From positions 192,001 to 256,000 of the forward strand of contig CAYLXA010000001.1 in assembly GCA_964387845.1 (NCBI GenBank): DNA of 64,000 nt, given 5' to 3'. Shown here one piece after another: positions 20,427 through 29,463 of this stretch. The translations under genes were made by a program, and so were the position numbers. The stretch is from an uncultured bacterium. Its GTDB lineage: Bacteria; Omnitrophota; Omnitrophia; Omnitrophales; Abzuiibacteriaceae. Each line of letters starts with the position of its first letter. Position 1 is the stretch's first letter. Below the pieces are notes generated by a model. It saw only the letters and a program-made list of their open reading frames with translations, was not told where the DNA came from and made no database searches.

Positions 20427-20939
20427 ATGGAACGTAAAGGTGAAATTACATTTAAAGGAAACCCACTAACCCTTTTAGGCAATACGCCCAAAGTCGGCGA
20501 TACGGCTCCGGATTTTACGGCCGTCAACGGTGCTTTGCAGCCTGCGAAATTGTCTGATTTTAAAGGCCAAACGGTCGTGATCAGTGCAGTCCCTTCGCTG
20601 GATACTCCAGTTTGTGAAATTCAAACCAAGAAATTCAATCAGGAAGCCGCGGGCCTCAACGCCAAAATCCTAACAGTCAGCATGGATTTGCCGTTTGCAC
20701 AAAAGCGGTTTTGCGATGCGCACAGCATTCAAAATGTTACGGTCGTTTCTGATTACAAAGACCACGATTTTGCGAATAAATACGGTCTCTTAATCAAGGA
20801 ACTCGGGCTCATTGCAAGAGCCGTTTTGGTTGTGAATTCCAAAGGCAAAATCACGCACGCGGAAATCGTTAAAGAAGTCACGCAGGAACCGAATTACGGA
20901 GCAGCGCTCGGCAAAGTTAAAGAAGCAGTCGCCGCTTAA
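20427..20939 (+). CDS. tpx: Thiol peroxidase
   Basis: Full-length Tpx family match; peroxidatic Cys in SAVPSLDTPVCEIQ. Confidence 0.9.
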   Translation: MERKGEITFKGNPLTLLGNTPKVGDTAPDFTAVNGALQPAKLSDFKGQTVVISAVPSLDTPVCEIQTKKFNQEAAGLNAKILTVSMDLPFAQKRFCDAHSIQNVTVVSDYKDHDFANKYGLLIKELGLIARAVLVVNSKGKITHAEIVKEVTQEPNYGAALGKVKEAVAA

Positions 20940-20953
20940 GCTTTCAAAGCAAA

Positions 20954-20986
20954 AAACCCTTTCTCAAATCGAGAAAGGGTTTTTTG
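20954..20986. terminator. Bidirectional rho-independent terminator between convergent tpx and orn
   Basis: aaaaaACCCTTTCTCaaatcGAGAAAGGGTttttt: a 10-bp perfect stem flanked by an A-run and a T-run. Confidence 0.8.
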
Positions 20987-20989
20987 TTT

Positions 20990-21538
20990 CTACTTAAAAT
21001 AAGTCTTTCGGTAAAATATCAACTCTTCAATCGATTCCCGGATATCGGTTAAAGAACGGTGAGATTCCTGCTTTTTGGGTAGGTCTTTATTCTTCGGATA
21101 CCAGCGTTTCACAAGTGTTTTGATGGTGCTCACATCAATATTTCTGTAATGAAAATAATCCGCAAGCTTCGGCATATACTTCATCAAAAATCGGCGATCA
21201 TGGTCGATTGAATTTCCGCACAGCGGCGATTTTTTCGGCAGACAGTATTTTTTGACAAATTTCAGAATAAGCGCTTCGGCTTTCTTGGTGCTGATTTTTG
21301 AAGCTTTCACGGCATCAATCAACCCCGATTGGCCGTGATGTTTTTGATTCCACGCGTCCATCTGCTTCAAAATCTTGGCCGGCTGATGAATCGCCAGATT
21401 TGGCCCCTCTTCGATGATATTTAAATCGGAATCCGTCACTATTGCGGCAATTTCGATAATCCTCTCTTTTTCAACATCAAGACCGGTCATCTCAAGGTCA
21501 ATCCACACAAAATGATCTGCGTTCTGTTTTTTCGTCAT
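20990..21538 (-). CDS. orn: Oligoribonuclease
   Basis: HFVWIDLEMTGLDVEKERIIEIAAIV DEDDh exonuclease motif I; 182 aa. Confidence 0.9.
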   Translation of the reverse strand: MTKKQNADHFVWIDLEMTGLDVEKERIIEIAAIVTDSDLNIIEEGPNLAIHQPAKILKQMDAWNQKHHGQSGLIDAVKASKISTKKAEALILKFVKKYCLPKKSPLCGNSIDHDRRFLMKYMPKLADYFHYRNIDVSTIKTLVKRWYPKNKDLPKKQESHRSLTDIRESIEELIFYRKTYFK

Positions 21539-22122
21539 GACAATGCTTTCTGAATCAAAGCTTCCTCTCTGGGTTGATACGACAATGTTAATGCAATTTT
21601 CTGTGCTTCGGGCGTCATCTTTTTCCAGGTTTTGCGTAAAATGTCGACCATTTTAACGGGTTCTGTTTTTTCGGCAAGCTCCGAAAATTGAAATTCCAGG
21701 AACATAAGGCTCAGGGCATCTTCCAAAACCCGGCCTTCCGGATCTTTCGGAAAATTCTTTTTTAAAATTAAAGTTTTGACACGCTGGACAAAATCTTCCG
21801 GAAATCCGATTTCTTGAAGAACGGTTCCAACTTTCTCGGCATGAAACTTTTTCAAATCTTCACGCCATTTCAAATATCCGACGCGCGTCATTGGGTATGT
21901 ATTTCTCGGAATCGACCAACGTGCAATATGCTGGCCACGCGCCGCGATTAAAAGCGCTTCCGTCGCGTCAGGTTTTAATTTTTTGACCCAATCGGTCAAA
22001 CGCTCGGAATAAATAAGTTCCCGTGCTATTTTTTTCCCGTCTGCCAAATCCTGATTAGGATCTTTTGCGTTTTCCGCATCAATCAGCCGGATAGCTTTTT
22101 CAAATTTTGGATCACCTGTCAT
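21535..22122 (-). CDS. Conserved hypothetical protein (possibly DUF4202 family)
   Basis: ORF translationally coupled to cyaY and orn; family assignment from memory only. Confidence 0.45.
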   Translation of the reverse strand: MTGDPKFEKAIRLIDAENAKDPNQDLADGKKIARELIYSERLTDWVKKLKPDATEALLIAARGQHIARWSIPRNTYPMTRVGYLKWREDLKKFHAEKVGTVLQEIGFPEDFVQRVKTLILKKNFPKDPEGRVLEDALSLMFLEFQFSELAEKTEPVKMVDILRKTWKKMTPEAQKIALTLSYQPREEALIQKALS

Positions 22123-22436
22123 GACAAACGAACGGGGTTGCCAATTTGACTGCTGATCAAACGCTCTAAATCCTGAAACAATTCGACGCCGCGCTTATCA
22201 CAAACCCATTTGCCGTCTTTCAGCACAAAATGCCATCCGCCGCCGGGCTCGGCAAGCCAAAGCTGATGAACCGGCGTTTGACGACTCACAATCAAAGGCG
22301 CGCCGTCCTCAATTTGAATCACGAGCTTTCCGTCTGAGAGCTCGGCCTCAACACGATCAAGCTCGAGTTTGTCCAAGATCGAAACAAGACAATGTAAAGT
22401 CTCGTCGACAATTTTTAAATATGCTTTGGTTTCCAT
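22119..22436 (-). CDS. cyaY: Frataxin-like iron donor protein CyaY
   Basis: IVSRQTPVHQLWLAEPGGGWHFVLKDGKWVCDKRGVELFQDL aligns with E. coli CyaY [40 protein letters not shown]. Confidence 0.8.
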   Translation of the reverse strand: METKAYLKIVDETLHCLVSILDKLELDRVEAELSDGKLVIQIEDGAPLIVSRQTPVHQLWLAEPGGGWHFVLKDGKWVCDKRGVELFQDLERLISSQIGNPVRLS

Positions 22437-22443
22437 TCAACCG

Positions 22444-22791
22444 TTACAGCCGTTTTTCTATTTCTTTGATATTGTTAAGACAATTCTGCAACGCCGCATA
22501 CGAACCCTCCACATCCTTCGGGCTTGCATAAGACGGCCCGAGCGCGGAATAAATTTTGTAAGATTCTTCAAACATCTGCCCTGCCTTCATATAAAGCTGG
22601 ATTGCAAGTTCTAAACTGGCTCGATCTGGTGTCCCCGCCAGCGTTTTTTCGGCTTGCCGCACAAGCTCCTGCGCAGCCGTTGCGGTGCTGTTGGCATCAC
22701 TTAAGTACTGCGTCGGAGAATCTGCGAAAAGCAAAGTCGAAGACCACAAAACCGCACTGAACAACAATCCTATGCAAAATTTTTTTGTCAT
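22444..22791 (-). CDS. Hypothetical secreted protein
   Basis: Signal peptide MTKKFCIGLLFSAVLWSSTLLFA; 115 aa; no recognisable domain. Confidence 0.45.
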   Translation of the reverse strand: MTKKFCIGLLFSAVLWSSTLLFADSPTQYLSDANSTATAAQELVRQAEKTLAGTPDRASLELAIQLYMKAGQMFEESYKIYSALGPSYASPKDVEGSYAALQNCLNNIKEIEKRL

Positions 22792-23023
22792 GAAAGTCTC
22801 CTATTTTATCTGCAAAAGTAAGCCGGTCATGGTATCGGGCCGATCAAAAATATTGGGCGAATATCGCATGAATTCGCAGGGCTTTCAACTGCTTTCCCGC
22901 GCCGCTAATTTTTTGAAAACTTCTCGTGCATGAATGCTCAAGATAGTGCTATAATGCCCCATATTAAAGTTTGCTGGTTTTAAACTAAGAATAATAACAA
23001 AACGAACTAAGGAGTATGTGCCA

Positions 23024-23278
23024 ATGGCAAAAGCAAATTCAGCGTTCATGAAACCTTTGACGGTTAGTTCTGAGCTCGCAACGGTTGTCGGAAAAGGTCC
23101 GATGGCCCGCAGTGAAGTAGTTAAGAAGCTCTGGGCATACATTAAGAAGAACAACCTTCAAGATGCAAAAAACAAACGGAATATTAATGCGGATGCCAAT
23201 TTGAAAGCAGTGTTCGGCGGCAAATCAGTCGTCAACATGTTTGAAATGACAAAGCTCGTTTCAAAGCATTTGTCATAA
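23024..23278 (+). CDS. SWIB/MDM2-domain protein
   Basis: LTVSSELATVVGKGPMARSEVVKKLWAYIKKNNLQDAKNKRNINADANLKAVFG...MFEMTKLVSKHL is a canonical standalone SWIB signature. The ATG at 23024 follows an AAGGAG RBS; the track start at 23018 is GTG. Confidence 0.8.
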   Translation: MAKANSAFMKPLTVSSELATVVGKGPMARSEVVKKLWAYIKKNNLQDAKNKRNINADANLKAVFGGKSVVNMFEMTKLVSKHLS

Positions 23279-23296
23279 ATTCGCCTTCTAAACGCA

Positions 23297-23348
23297 AAAC
23301 CGCACTCACCGGTACACATGCATTTCTACCAGTGAGTGCGGTTTTTTT
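23297..23348 (+). terminator. Rho-independent terminator after the SWIB gene
   Basis: aaaaCCGCACTCACcggtacacatgcatttctaccaGTGAGTGCGGttttttt. Confidence 0.75.
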
Positions 23349-23448
23349 CTCTCACCCAGACTCATTTTCATTAAATAACCAATTTGATTGATAAAAAATG
23401 AGTCTGACCCCAATGCGTTGTTGGCAGCATTGGGGCTACCATTCAAAA

Positions 23449-23646
23449 TTAGCGAGCGCGCGGCGCTTTCCCTGCTAACTCAAATCCCTTGCGCTTCACA
23501 GCCTTTGCCATTCTTGCCAAGGCCTCGCCGGGCGAACGGCCTTCGGTTAGATTATTCATGCAAATTGCGGCAAACCCGCGCCGGTTCTTGATTTTAAAAA
23601 TGGATACACGGCCGGTTGAAAGCTTCTTTAAAATTTTCTTTGCCAT
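23449..23646 (-). CDS. Small basic hypothetical protein (65 aa)
   Basis: Excellent RBS (AAAGGAGttttt-ATG); sequence MAKKILKKLSTGRVSIF...EALARMAKAVKRKGF. Two hairpins (23354-23431) follow its stop. Confidence 0.5.
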   Translation of the reverse strand: MAKKILKKLSTGRVSIFKIKNRRGFAAICMNNLTEGRSPGEALARMAKAVKRKGFELAGKAPRAR

Positions 23647-23741
23647 AAAAACTCCTTTCTTTGAAAAGTAAGCCGGATTAACGTACTTAACTTAACGGAC
23701 TTTTGATTCAAAGTATTGAGAAAATTAAATCTGGAAAGGTG

Positions 23742-24212
23742 CTAGGAGAAAACTTTCGGAAAACCGACGCGTAAGTAGTAAATGAAATGGCATTCACAAA
23801 TCGAATCGGAATCGACGGTTTTGATAACCACGGATACCGGTAAATCAGCTTTTTTTGATTCCTTAAGCTGCGTCAAAGTTTTTTCAATGAGCAAAGGATC
23901 TGCCTTTGCTTCCGCGATTAATTCTTTCGAAGTTGCTTTCAAAAATGAGATATCGCCTTTTTTGGTGATCAGCAGATTTTCGGAAAGATTCAGGAAGGTT
24001 CCGCACAATGTTCCACCGGCAACTTCAGCCAGCGTAAAAAGCGAGCCGGCCTGATAAGTTTTAAAATGATTGAGAAGTCCTTGGGCCGGATTCATGGCGA
24101 GAGAAACAGAACCGTATTCAGCATGCTTTACACGGATTCCAAGCGGCCGGACAAACGGAATCCGGTCAATATAAGCTTGCAGTGATTCAAGTGTTAAGGA
24201 TGCGGGCTGCAT
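23742..24212 (-). CDS. Hotdog-fold thioesterase-like protein (PaaI/DUF4442-like)
   Basis: 156 aa; pattern and length of the hotdog fold; weak call. Confidence 0.45.
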   Translation of the reverse strand: MQPASLTLESLQAYIDRIPFVRPLGIRVKHAEYGSVSLAMNPAQGLLNHFKTYQAGSLFTLAEVAGGTLCGTFLNLSENLLITKKGDISFLKATSKELIAEAKADPLLIEKTLTQLKESKKADLPVSVVIKTVDSDSICECHFIYYLRVGFPKVFS

Positions 24213-24259
24213 GCGGCATTATTGCGCAAATTCGCTGTCTGTTGCAAGGGCAGAAATGA

Positions 24260-27200
24260 TCAATCGTACCAGTTCATGTTGAATTTCTGCTTGCAGTGTT
24301 CGCACATCCAAAACTGGCGCTTGCGCATTTTCAAGCTTGAACCATACAGCATCAGCGGAACGCCGATTAAGACGGGAAGCAAAATGCATCCTATGATGAT
24401 TAACATGCGAGCAGTCGTTGAACGTATGTTTTCGGTATGCAAAAGGTCGATTTGCCTGGTTGCCTTGTTACAGCTCGGACAGCGGATCATATCCGGAAGC
24501 CCCTCGCCTTTTGTATCTCCCAAAATTCCAAGCGATTCAACGGCGTTGGCGCGTACCGTCGCATCGGGATCTGCGAGCAATTGGATCAAACCGAATGCCG
24601 CACGCTTAACACCGATCCGGCCGAGTGCTTGTGAACATTTAGCACGTACACTGGGTGCGGTATGCGTCAAAAGTTCCATTAATGGATCAACCGCTCTTTG
24701 ATCACCAATTCTTCCAAGCGCCTCAGCCGCATTGGCTTGGATCGTAGAATCCGTTTCTGACAGAGCTTGAATGAGCGAATCGGCCGCGCGCTGGTCGCGG
24801 ATTCTGCCCAATGCTTCGGCTGATTTTGCGCGAACTTCGGAATCATAATCCTTAAGCGATTGGATCAACGGAAAGCAGGCTGCCGGATCGCCGATTTTTC
24901 CCAAAATTTCAGCTGCTTTTGCCCTTAACGTATAATCCGGCTCTTTCAAAGAAGGGATCAAATACGGCACAACCGCATCCCCGAGCAGCGCCAAGTAATG
25001 CGCAACTTTGTTTCGGACATTCGGATCCGGATCTCTCATGGCATCTACCAAGCAAATAATGGCTTTTTTGCCTCCGATTTTCCAGACTACTTCGAAAATT
25101 TTGATCCGCATATTGTTATCCGCATCTTTGGACGATTCAATAAGCCCGTCCAACGCCGAACCTCCGATAGCGCCCAAAGCCCATGCCGCTTTTGCCTGCA
25201 CCGTAAAATCCGGATCTTTTCGGAGAATTTTAATTAAAGGATCGACTGCATGCTTATCTTTAATTTCGCCCAGCACTTCCACAACTTTCCCGCGAACTGC
25301 TGCTTCCGAATCCTTCAATGCCTCAAGCAAGTACTGAACAGCAGAACTACCTAAGGCACCGACCGCTTCTCCGGCCTTCGCGCGGACCAAATGGTTTTCG
25401 TCTTTCATGGCAACCACGAGCGAGCGGATGGCTCTCTTGTCTTTTATTTTCCCCAGAACTTCGGCTGATTTAGCTCGGACACTGGCAGATTTATCGTCCA
25501 ATGTCTTAATTAGAGGCTCAACCGCACGCTTATCGGCAATCTTGCCAAGCGCATCCGCAACTCTTGTCCGGACCGTTTCCAATTCGCTTTCCAGCGTATC
25601 TACCAGCGGATGAACGGCACGTTTATCGCCAATTTCACCCAAGCCCTCAATCGCTCTCGACTGCACATTTTCATCGCCTGTTTTCAAAACATCAATCAGC
25701 GCGAATGTGGCGCGTTTATCGCCGATTTTGCCTAAGATTTGCGCTGCCTGAGCGCGCAGACGAAGATTTTCATGTGAAAGTGCTTTAATGAGCGGTTCGA
25801 CGGCACGCGGGCCAATGAGGGCCAACACCCAGCTTGCTTGATTACGGACGTGATGATTGGTATCTTTCAGTGCGTTAATGAGCGGCTCGATAGCCTTCGG
25901 ATCGCCAATTTGGCCCAAGTGCTCCGTTGCTTTGAGCCGTACTTTTGGATCACTGTCCTTGAGGGCCTGGATCAGAAGCGGGACCACATCTTTTTCGCCG
26001 ATTTTGCCAAGCGTTTCGGCTGCTTTCGCGCGCACTTCCTGATCCGGATCGCCCAAAATTTGGATCACGGGATAAATCGCTTCTTTATTGCCTATGCGCC
26101 CGAGCGCTTCGGCTGATTTTGCCCGGACAATCGCATCTTTATCTTGAAGTATTTTAATAAGCGGCAGCACGGCCTTCTGGGTATTAATTTTTCCGAGTGC
26201 TTCGGCCGATTTTCCGCGTACGTAACGGTTTTCATCCTTAAGCGATACGATCAAAATCTCTACCGTCGGCTCACCGATACTCACCAAAGCCGTAACGGCC
26301 GAATTCCGGACACGTTCATTTTTGTCTTTAAGCGCTTGTATGAGCGCGGGAATCGCAGGAACGCCGATTTCGGCAAGCGCCCAGGCTATTTCCTCCCGCA
26401 CGTTGTCGTTTTTATCGTTTAATGCCTGGATGAGCGGTTCGATTGCTTTCGCATCGCCAATGCGCCCCAAAAATTCAGCTGCTTTATAGCGCACGGTTGA
26501 GTGGCCGTCGTGCAATGCTTGCGCAAGCGGCATTTCGGCTTTTCGATCCGCGATTTTGCCGAGCGCTTCAACTGCTTTGGTGCGTACGTTTTCATTAGAA
26601 TCCCTGATCGCCCGAATCAAAAGTTCGACGGGACTGATTTCCTGCAGCTTTTTAAGCGCCTCCTCGGCTTTTGATTTCACCTCACCGCTTGAGCGCTTAA
26701 CTAATTGCGAAATGGGATCGATGGCCTGCTGATCGCAAATCTTACCGAGCGCTTCCACTGCCGCTGCTTGGACATTTGGATCCGAATCATTCAAAGACTG
26801 AATAAGTTGTGGAACTGATTTTTGATCGGCGATTTGGCCCAAAGCCTCGGCGGCTCTGGCACGCACAATCCCGTCGGCATCTTTTATTAACAGCTGCGTA
26901 AGCGGAAAGCTGACTTTGCGGTCGCCGATTTTTCCTAAAATTTCGGCGATTTTGGCACGGACAATCGGATCTTTGTCTTTGATGGATGCAACCAAAAGCC
27001 CCATCGCGCTTCTCCCGATATTCTGAAGAACGACCATCGACTCATGCCGCACCCAATCATTTTCATCATTTAAAACACGAATCAGCGAGCCGACTGCCGG
27101 CCCTTCAATCAGGCTGAGCGCCCAGGCAGCTTCTTTACGGACATTCTCATTAGTGTCCCGTAGAATTTCAATCAGGGGCGGTACGGCCAAAGCACCCATG

Positions 27201-27583
27201 TTGCCGAGCATCTTGGCAGTTTTAGAACGCACGGTTTCATCTTTCTCGCGGCGCAAAAGGTGAATGAGCGGAAGAACGCATTCGGGGTCTTCGATAACGC
27301 CAAGCGCTTCAGCGGCTGCATCTCTCACTTTCGAATCAGTATCTTTCAGGCATTTAATCAAAGGTTCGACAGCCTGCCGGTCTTTTAGATGGCCTAAGAG
27401 TTCGGCAGCTTTTGTCCGGACATGTGTATCTTCATCTTTGAGCGCAGCGATAAAAACGGACACTTCACGCCGGTCGCCGATCGAAGCAAGCTGTTCCAAC
27501 GACTCCCTGCGCAGAGGCCACTCTTTGGCATGCTGAATACTATCAATCAGCTCATCAGCTGCTGTCCGTTGTGCGTTGGCCAC
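24260..27583 (-). CDS. Giant HEAT-repeat (PBS-lyase type) protein with C-terminal TM helix and split CxxC zinc ribbon
   Basis: About 30+ tandem ~31-aa units of the form VRxxAAEALGxIGDxRAVEPLIxxLKDxDxxV fill residues 1-1030. Then CPSCNKATRQ...TM (LIIIGCILLPVLIGVPLMLYG)...CEHCKQKF. Confidence 0.85.
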   Translation of the reverse strand: MANAQRTAADELIDSIQHAKEWPLRRESLEQLASIGDRREVSVFIAALKDEDTHVRTKAAELLGHLKDRQAVEPLIKCLKDTDSKVRDAAAEALGVIEDPECVLPLIHLLRREKDETVRSKTAKMLGNMGALAVPPLIEILRDTNENVRKEAAWALSLIEGPAVGSLIRVLNDENDWVRHESMVVLQNIGRSAMGLLVASIKDKDPIVRAKIAEILGKIGDRKVSFPLTQLLIKDADGIVRARAAEALGQIADQKSVPQLIQSLNDSDPNVQAAAVEALGKICDQQAIDPISQLVKRSSGEVKSKAEEALKKLQEISPVELLIRAIRDSNENVRTKAVEALGKIADRKAEMPLAQALHDGHSTVRYKAAEFLGRIGDAKAIEPLIQALNDKNDNVREEIAWALAEIGVPAIPALIQALKDKNERVRNSAVTALVSIGEPTVEILIVSLKDENRYVRGKSAEALGKINTQKAVLPLIKILQDKDAIVRAKSAEALGRIGNKEAIYPVIQILGDPDQEVRAKAAETLGKIGEKDVVPLLIQALKDSDPKVRLKATEHLGQIGDPKAIEPLINALKDTNHHVRNQASWVLALIGPRAVEPLIKALSHENLRLRAQAAQILGKIGDKRATFALIDVLKTGDENVQSRAIEGLGEIGDKRAVHPLVDTLESELETVRTRVADALGKIADKRAVEPLIKTLDDKSASVRAKSAEVLGKIKDKRAIRSLVVAMKDENHLVRAKAGEAVGALGSSAVQYLLEALKDSEAAVRGKVVEVLGEIKDKHAVDPLIKILRKDPDFTVQAKAAWALGAIGGSALDGLIESSKDADNNMRIKIFEVVWKIGGKKAIICLVDAMRDPDPNVRNKVAHYLALLGDAVVPYLIPSLKEPDYTLRAKAAEILGKIGDPAACFPLIQSLKDYDSEVRAKSAEALGRIRDQRAADSLIQALSETDSTIQANAAEALGRIGDQRAVDPLMELLTHTAPSVRAKCSQALGRIGVKRAAFGLIQLLADPDATVRANAVESLGILGDTKGEGLPDMIRCPSCNKATRQIDLLHTENIRSTTARMLIIIGCILLPVLIGVPLMLYGSSLKMRKRQFWMCEHCKQKFNMNWYD

Positions 27584-27841
27584 AATGAATAAACTCCTTC
27601 CTGACGCGGATACACTTTTCTTGTGCGTCGAGAGATTTAAAGCCGGTATGGCTTAAAAATTGCAGCTAAAACGATCTACATAAAGTGTCCCATATTTTTT
27701 AAAACTTACAAAATAGGCACGGTAAGCATGATGCACGGTTTTGAGAATTGCCGGAACGGACAGGTAAAATGACTTCCTAAATGGTCAAAGGAAGTCTCGG
27801 GGCTAGAATTTCAAACGCGGGATAAAGCATTCGAGAAGAGC

Positions 27842-28204
27842 TTATCGAGCGGCTTGGATTTTGCGGATTTGGCTGATCAACTTACTACTGTCGAACGGTT
27901 TTTTAAGAAACCCTTGCGCACCTTCCAAACGAAAAACGTCTTCCATGAGCGAAGCGGTTCCTGTCATGATAATGACCGGGATTTTCTTGGCTGTTACTGA
28001 ATTGATTTTCTTGAGCGCCGTGAGACCGTCCATCTCGGGCATGATCACATCCATCACAATCAAATCCGGCGGATTAGATTCGATGACTTTCAGGCCGCCC
28101 GAAATACCGGAGGCATCTTCCACCTGGAAGCCTTCCGATGCCAGGCGCATGCTAAGCGCCATTCGCAAATCATCGTCATCGTCGATTATTAAAATACGGT
28201 TCAC
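27842..28204 (-). CDS. Stand-alone response-regulator receiver (CheY-like)
   Basis: ILIIDDDDDLR...DLIVMDVIMPEMDG...KIPVIIMTG with the conserved Asp; 120 aa. Confidence 0.8.
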   Translation of the reverse strand: MNRILIIDDDDDLRMALSMRLASEGFQVEDASGISGGLKVIESNPPDLIVMDVIMPEMDGLTALKKINSVTAKKIPVIIMTGTASLMEDVFRLEGAQGFLKKPFDSSKLISQIRKIQAAR

Positions 28205-28247
28205 AATGCCCTCGTTTGAAATGATTTACGACAAATCCGAGAAAAAA

Positions 28248-28847
28248 TTAACCCGTTGATTTTGCGCTCTCTGCTTGTGTCTTTACTTTTTCTAATTGCT
28301 TCCTGACTAATTCCAAGTTGTGTTTGGCGCGTTCGTAATCGGGATTTAGCTTAGTTGCCTTCAAAAAATGCTTTTCGGCTTCCTTAAACTTCTCCTGCTG
28401 AGCAAGGATGGTGCCGTAACTGTTCTGAATTTGTGCAGATTTCGGAAACCGCTTTACAGCTTCATCATAAATTTTCAACGCATCTTCATAAAGTTCGATA
28501 CTGCCTAACGCGATACCTAAATTGTTATAGGCCTCGATATAATCGGGATTCAGTTCGATTGCTTTGCGGTAATGTTTGATCGCGTCTTGAACTTTTCCGA
28601 TTGCCACAAAAGTATTCGCTAAATTGTTGTGTGCATTCACATGATTGGGATCTTTGCGGACCGTTTCTTGATAATATTTGATCGCATCATCCATTTTACC
28701 CTGCTTAATGGCTTCGTTACCCCGGTGGTAGGATTGTTCGGCACCCCTTGGTCCGCTTGAATTGACAAGGTAAATAGTCGTGGCAAGAGCAGCAATAACC
28801 ACAATCGCGACTATAAACTTTAGAGTTGGGCTAGGCAATAATTTCAT
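28248..28847 (-). CDS. Membrane-anchored TPR-repeat protein
   Basis: N-terminal TM, then 4-5 TPR units (AIKYYQETVRKDPNHVNAHNNLANTF...); 199 aa. Confidence 0.8.
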   Translation of the reverse strand: MKLLPSPTLKFIVAIVVIAALATTIYLVNSSGPRGAEQSYHRGNEAIKQGKMDDAIKYYQETVRKDPNHVNAHNNLANTFVAIGKVQDAIKHYRKAIELNPDYIEAYNNLGIALGSIELYEDALKIYDEAVKRFPKSAQIQNSYGTILAQQEKFKEAEKHFLKATKLNPDYERAKHNLELVRKQLEKVKTQAESAKSTG

Positions 28848-28917
28848 ACGATAGATTTAAAAATGTCTGCATACAATAAATCGGAATAATTGGAAATGCA
28901 AGCAGAAGATGAACGGT

Positions 28918-29463
28918 TCATTTGACGCGAGCCATCAAGCTTTCTACAATCCGAATCGACGGAAGCAGCCGCAAATTACTTTTTTGCTTAATAGCTTTGA
29001 GATACCGGCTCGTTTTTCGTACGGTTTTTGGCAATTGATTGGACGCAGCGGTAGAGACATCAAGTAAATTATCATGAATGTCGGCGAGCTTGATTAATTT
29101 GACTTCATCCGGCGCGTCCCGCAGCTGCTTGGCGTATGCCGCTTCGCACTCTTCTTCCGGCAAGCGCTTGTCCTTTGACATGAGCGCCGCCCACCGGGCA
29201 ACATCGCGCCCGAAACGCTCTTCAATATCGTCAAAATCTTTGTCGGTATCTTCGATCACGTCATGCAATACCGCGGCAGCCAAAATCTTTTCATCTTTAA
29301 CACCGAATACATGCCGTAAAGTCATGCAGACGCGGAACACATGCGCCGCATAAGGTGTTTTGTTGTCTTTGCGGTATTGCCCTTCATGAGCACGTGCCGC
29401 AAGCGAAATGGCCCGCGCTAAAAGTTCAAAATTACTTTTCGCTGATTTTGATTTACGCTTCAT
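28918..29463 (-). CDS. HD-domain small (p)ppGpp hydrolase-like protein (SpoT/RelA-type HD domain only)
   Basis: [20 protein letters not shown]...[13 protein letters not shown]...[12 protein letters not shown]...KLADIHDNL matches the alarmone-hydrolase HD signature; 181 aa with no synthetase domain. Confidence 0.65.
   Translation of the reverse strand: MKRKSKSAKSNFELLARAISLAARAHEGQYRKDNKTPYAAHVFRVCMTLRHVFGVKDEKILAAAVLHDVIEDTDKDFDDIEERFGRDVARWAALMSKDKRLPEEECEAAYAKQLRDAPDEVKLIKLADIHDNLLDVSTAASNQLPKTVRKTSRYLKAIKQKSNLRLLPSIRIVESLMARVK

Noticed and set aside
22885-23154. 89-aa minus-strand ORF overlapping the SWIB gene start
   Set aside because: Antisense to a well-supported gene with its own RBS and terminator.
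24260-27583. Strong ~93-bp DNA periodicity that could be read as a tandem-repeat array or CRISPR-like locus
   Set aside because: The periodicity is entirely within one long intact ORF and corresponds to 31-aa HEAT repeats. The repeats are degenerate at the DNA level, and there are no short identical direct repeats with unique spacers and no cas genes.
27700-27740. GGCACG-N4-GCATG resembling a sigma-54 -24/-12 promoter
   Set aside because: Spacing between GG and GC is 10 rather than 12 nt, and it is on the plus strand whereas flanking genes are on the minus strand.
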